Source: a virus
Lineage: Duplodnaviria; Caudoviricetes
Virus record (IMG/VR): IMGVR_UViG_3300035180_000540
Coordinates: 1 to 38,080 of that record
Direction: 5' to 3' (one strand)
Length of the DNA: 38,080 bases
The notes beneath the pieces are model-generated. The model saw nothing but the letters and a program-made list of their open reading frames with translations. It was not told where the DNA came from and did no database searches. The translations under genes and the position numbers were made by a program. Shown one piece after another: positions 36,202-38,080 of this stretch (position 1 is its first letter; each line of letters begins with the position of its first letter).

Positions 36202-36918
36202 ATGCTAATCACAAGCACCATCAATGGAGCATTACGCCTTATTGGTGTACTTGCAGCAGGAGAAGAAGCATCTCCAGAAGAGCATAAGGATGCACTAGAA
36301 AGATTAAATGGAATGATCGAGGGTTTTAATATCCAAAATCTAACCGTATCATATTTACAAGAAAAGACCTATGTTGCACCATCGACTGGGTGGGCTTCTC
36401 ATATTACTATCGGAAATGTAGCTGGTAACACCTATGTAGAGACTGCACCAATCTCTATTACATCAGCATTTTTTAGAGATGTATCTGGTACAGATTTTCC
36501 ATTACTTCCTATGGGTGAAAATCAATGGTCGGCAATTAATTATAAGAATGTAGTTGCAATACCTACACGATATTTTGAAGTCTATCACGGGGTTACACTT
36601 GATTTACAGTTTGATACTATACCTATGGATGGTTACGTACTTCATCTTATGGTAAAATTACCTTATACAGGAAACTATCTACCTACTGATAATATCACAT
36701 GGGATTATGGTTTTGAGGAAATGCTACGTTATCAACTAGCAGTACGTCTAGCTCCTGAGTATGGTGCTCAATTACGTCCAGAAGTAGTAGGTACTGCAAT
36801 AGAATTAATGAGAAATATTAAAAACAGAAATGCAACAAATATTTTTTTAAATGTAGATAATGGATTACAAAATAAGACTCATGGCTATTATAATATTAAT
36901 AGCGGTACCAATAGATGA
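36202..36918 (+). CDS. Head-tail adaptor, P22 gp4-like
   Basis: I.GALRLIGV..GE.....E..DAL..LN.M and LAVRLAPEYG motifs. Confidence 0.85.
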   Translation: MLITSTINGALRLIGVLAAGEEASPEEHKDALERLNGMIEGFNIQNLTVSYLQEKTYVAPSTGWASHITIGNVAGNTYVETAPISITSAFFRDVSGTDFPLLPMGENQWSAINYKNVVAIPTRYFEVYHGVTLDLQFDTIPMDGYVLHLMVKLPYTGNYLPTDNITWDYGFEEMLRYQLAVRLAPEYGAQLRPEVVGTAIELMRNIKNRNATNIFLNVDNGLQNKTHGYYNINSGTNR

Positions 36919-38080
36919 CTGTACCTTTTGCTATTGCTACCTCACAAGCACGTAATAATAAAGGTAACAATGAAACCTTGATAAATATGTTTGCAGATAT
37001 AATGCCACCTAATGCAAAAAGTGGGGTTACTCTACTTGGAACTCCGGGGTGGATACTAAAGAATACAATTGAAACTCCACCAATTATTGGTATGCACTAT
37101 TTCAAGAATGAGCTTTATATAGTAACAAAAACATTTATTTATAAGATTGATTCATTTAATCATATAACTACTATTGGAGCAGTAGATTTTAGTACAAGAG
37201 ATAGTGTATCTATAGCAGATAATGGTATTGCAATGGTAGTAGTTGGAGGTAATGGGTATTCATATGATGGGCTATTTCTCACACAAATAACAGATGTTGC
37301 TTATTACCCATCTGATACAGTTACATTTCAGGATGGATATTTTATTTTCAATAGATCAGGTACGGGGCAGTTCTTTATAAGTCGCCTATATTCTGTAACG
37401 TTTGACCCATTAATGTATGCAACCGCTGAGGGTTCACCAGATAATATCGTAGGACTAATCTCTATCCACCAGCAACTATGGCTATTTGGAACTAAGTCAA
37501 TAGAAGTATGGTATAACAGCGGAGATTCACTATTCCCTTTTGACAGAGTACAAGGCTCATTCTCATTACGTGGATGTATCAATTATAAAACAATAGCTAC
37601 AACTAATAATGCAGTATTTTGGGTAGGAGATGATAATGTAGTTTATGTATCAAACGGATATACTCCTAATCCTATCAGCACACCTGCAATTGAATATCGA
37701 CTTGCTACAAGAGGTACTAAAGATTTTAGAGCATTTACTTATACAGAAGAGGGACATTACTTTTATGTGCTTACTATTGATGGATTAACAACCCTAGTAT
37801 ATGATATGAAAACAGCACTTTGGCATACGAGAGAGTCTTTAGCTTCAACATGGGGGCTTAGAAATATGGTAATGGATGAACAAGGTACACTATATGGAGC
37901 GGATATATCAAGTGGTAATATCTATAACGTAGGGCTAGATTATCATACAGAGAATGGACAAACTATCCTACGTACTGCTGAAACTTCTCCATTTAGTAAT
38001 GGGGTTGATTACTTTACATTAAACAAATTTGAAATCGATATGGAGACTGGGAAATCACTTCCAAGTATTGAGGATACAAT
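36915..38080 (+). CDS. P22 gp10-like tail hub (DNA stabilization) protein, 5' part (missing from ORF track; continues to 320)
   Basis: Open frame from ATG 36915 (ATGA overlap): TPG, DGYFIF, YATAEGSPDNI, LFGTKSIEVW, ISTPAIE, EGHYFYVL and WHTR motifs. Confidence 0.92.
   Translation, partial: MTVPFAIATSQARNNKGNNETLINMFADIMPPNAKSGVTLLGTPGWILKNTIETPPIIGMHYFKNELYIVTKTFIYKIDSFNHITTIGAVDFSTRDSVSIADNGIAMVVVGGNGYSYDGLFLTQITDVAYYPSDTVTFQDGYFIFNRSGTGQFFISRLYSVTFDPLMYATAEGSPDNIVGLISIHQQLWLFGTKSIEVWYNSGDSLFPFDRVQGSFSLRGCINYKTIATTNNAVFWVGDDNVVYVSNGYTPNPISTPAIEYRLATRGTKDFRAFTYTEEGHYFYVLTIDGLTTLVYDMKTALWHTRESLASTWGLRNMVMDEQGTLYGADISSGNIYNVGLDYHTENGQTILRTAETSPFSNGVDYFTLNKFEIDMETGKSLPSIEDT
37954..38080. repeat. 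Terminal direct repeat, copy 2
   Basis: Identical to 1-127. Confidence 0.97.

Noticed and set aside
29691-37582. Track ORFs at 29691, 32831, 32839, 33432, 33464, 35623 and 37328
   Set aside because: They overlap terminase, portal, scaffold or tail genes; the Cys-rich 32831 ORF is just the antisense of the portal's Gln/Ala codons.
37954-38080. 127-bp terminal repeat as a biological DTR or att site
   Set aside because: It is exact, falls in the middle of a gene and equals a common assembler k-mer length; it indicates circular assembly only.

Overview
The window is a complete, circularly assembled, AT-rich podovirus genome of 37,953 unique bp; bases 1-127 repeat exactly at 37954-38080. The virion module is P22-like: terminase small/large, long-barrel portal, scaffold, P22-type coat, gp4- and gp10-like tail proteins (the gp10-like gene crosses the contig ends) and three ejection-protein-position genes. 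Two tail-fibre cassettes and a Gram-negative lysis module (holins, M15 endolysin, overlapping spanins) follow. A leftward arm (27251 to 16873) encodes Gp157, a putative initiator, a RecA/DnaB-type ATPase, an AEP-like primase, ERF, an N4-like SSB candidate, a Dda/RecD helicase, DUF1064, YopX and small ORFs. An orphan C5 methyltransferase opens the rightward arm. I saw no integrase, CI repressor, DNA polymerase, tRNA or CRISPR array. Strongest leads: (1) a cupin-SET-domain fusion with its own probably leaderless promoter just before the ejection genes; (2) a 1763-aa polyvalent protein whose modules are separated by a recurring (M/L)(F/H)SK motif and a 29-nt in-frame direct repeat; (3) two leader RNAs with the same hairpin-plus-loop-pairing (pseudoknot/kissing) design, ahead of the replication operon and the methyltransferase; (4) a split anchor plus two-fibre system with a hidden second copy of the anchor C-terminus; (5) three conserved early promoter/operator boxes, an unannotated RHH-like ORF and a probable origin that shares the TACCTT motif. 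All family calls come from recognising motifs by eye, not from database searches.
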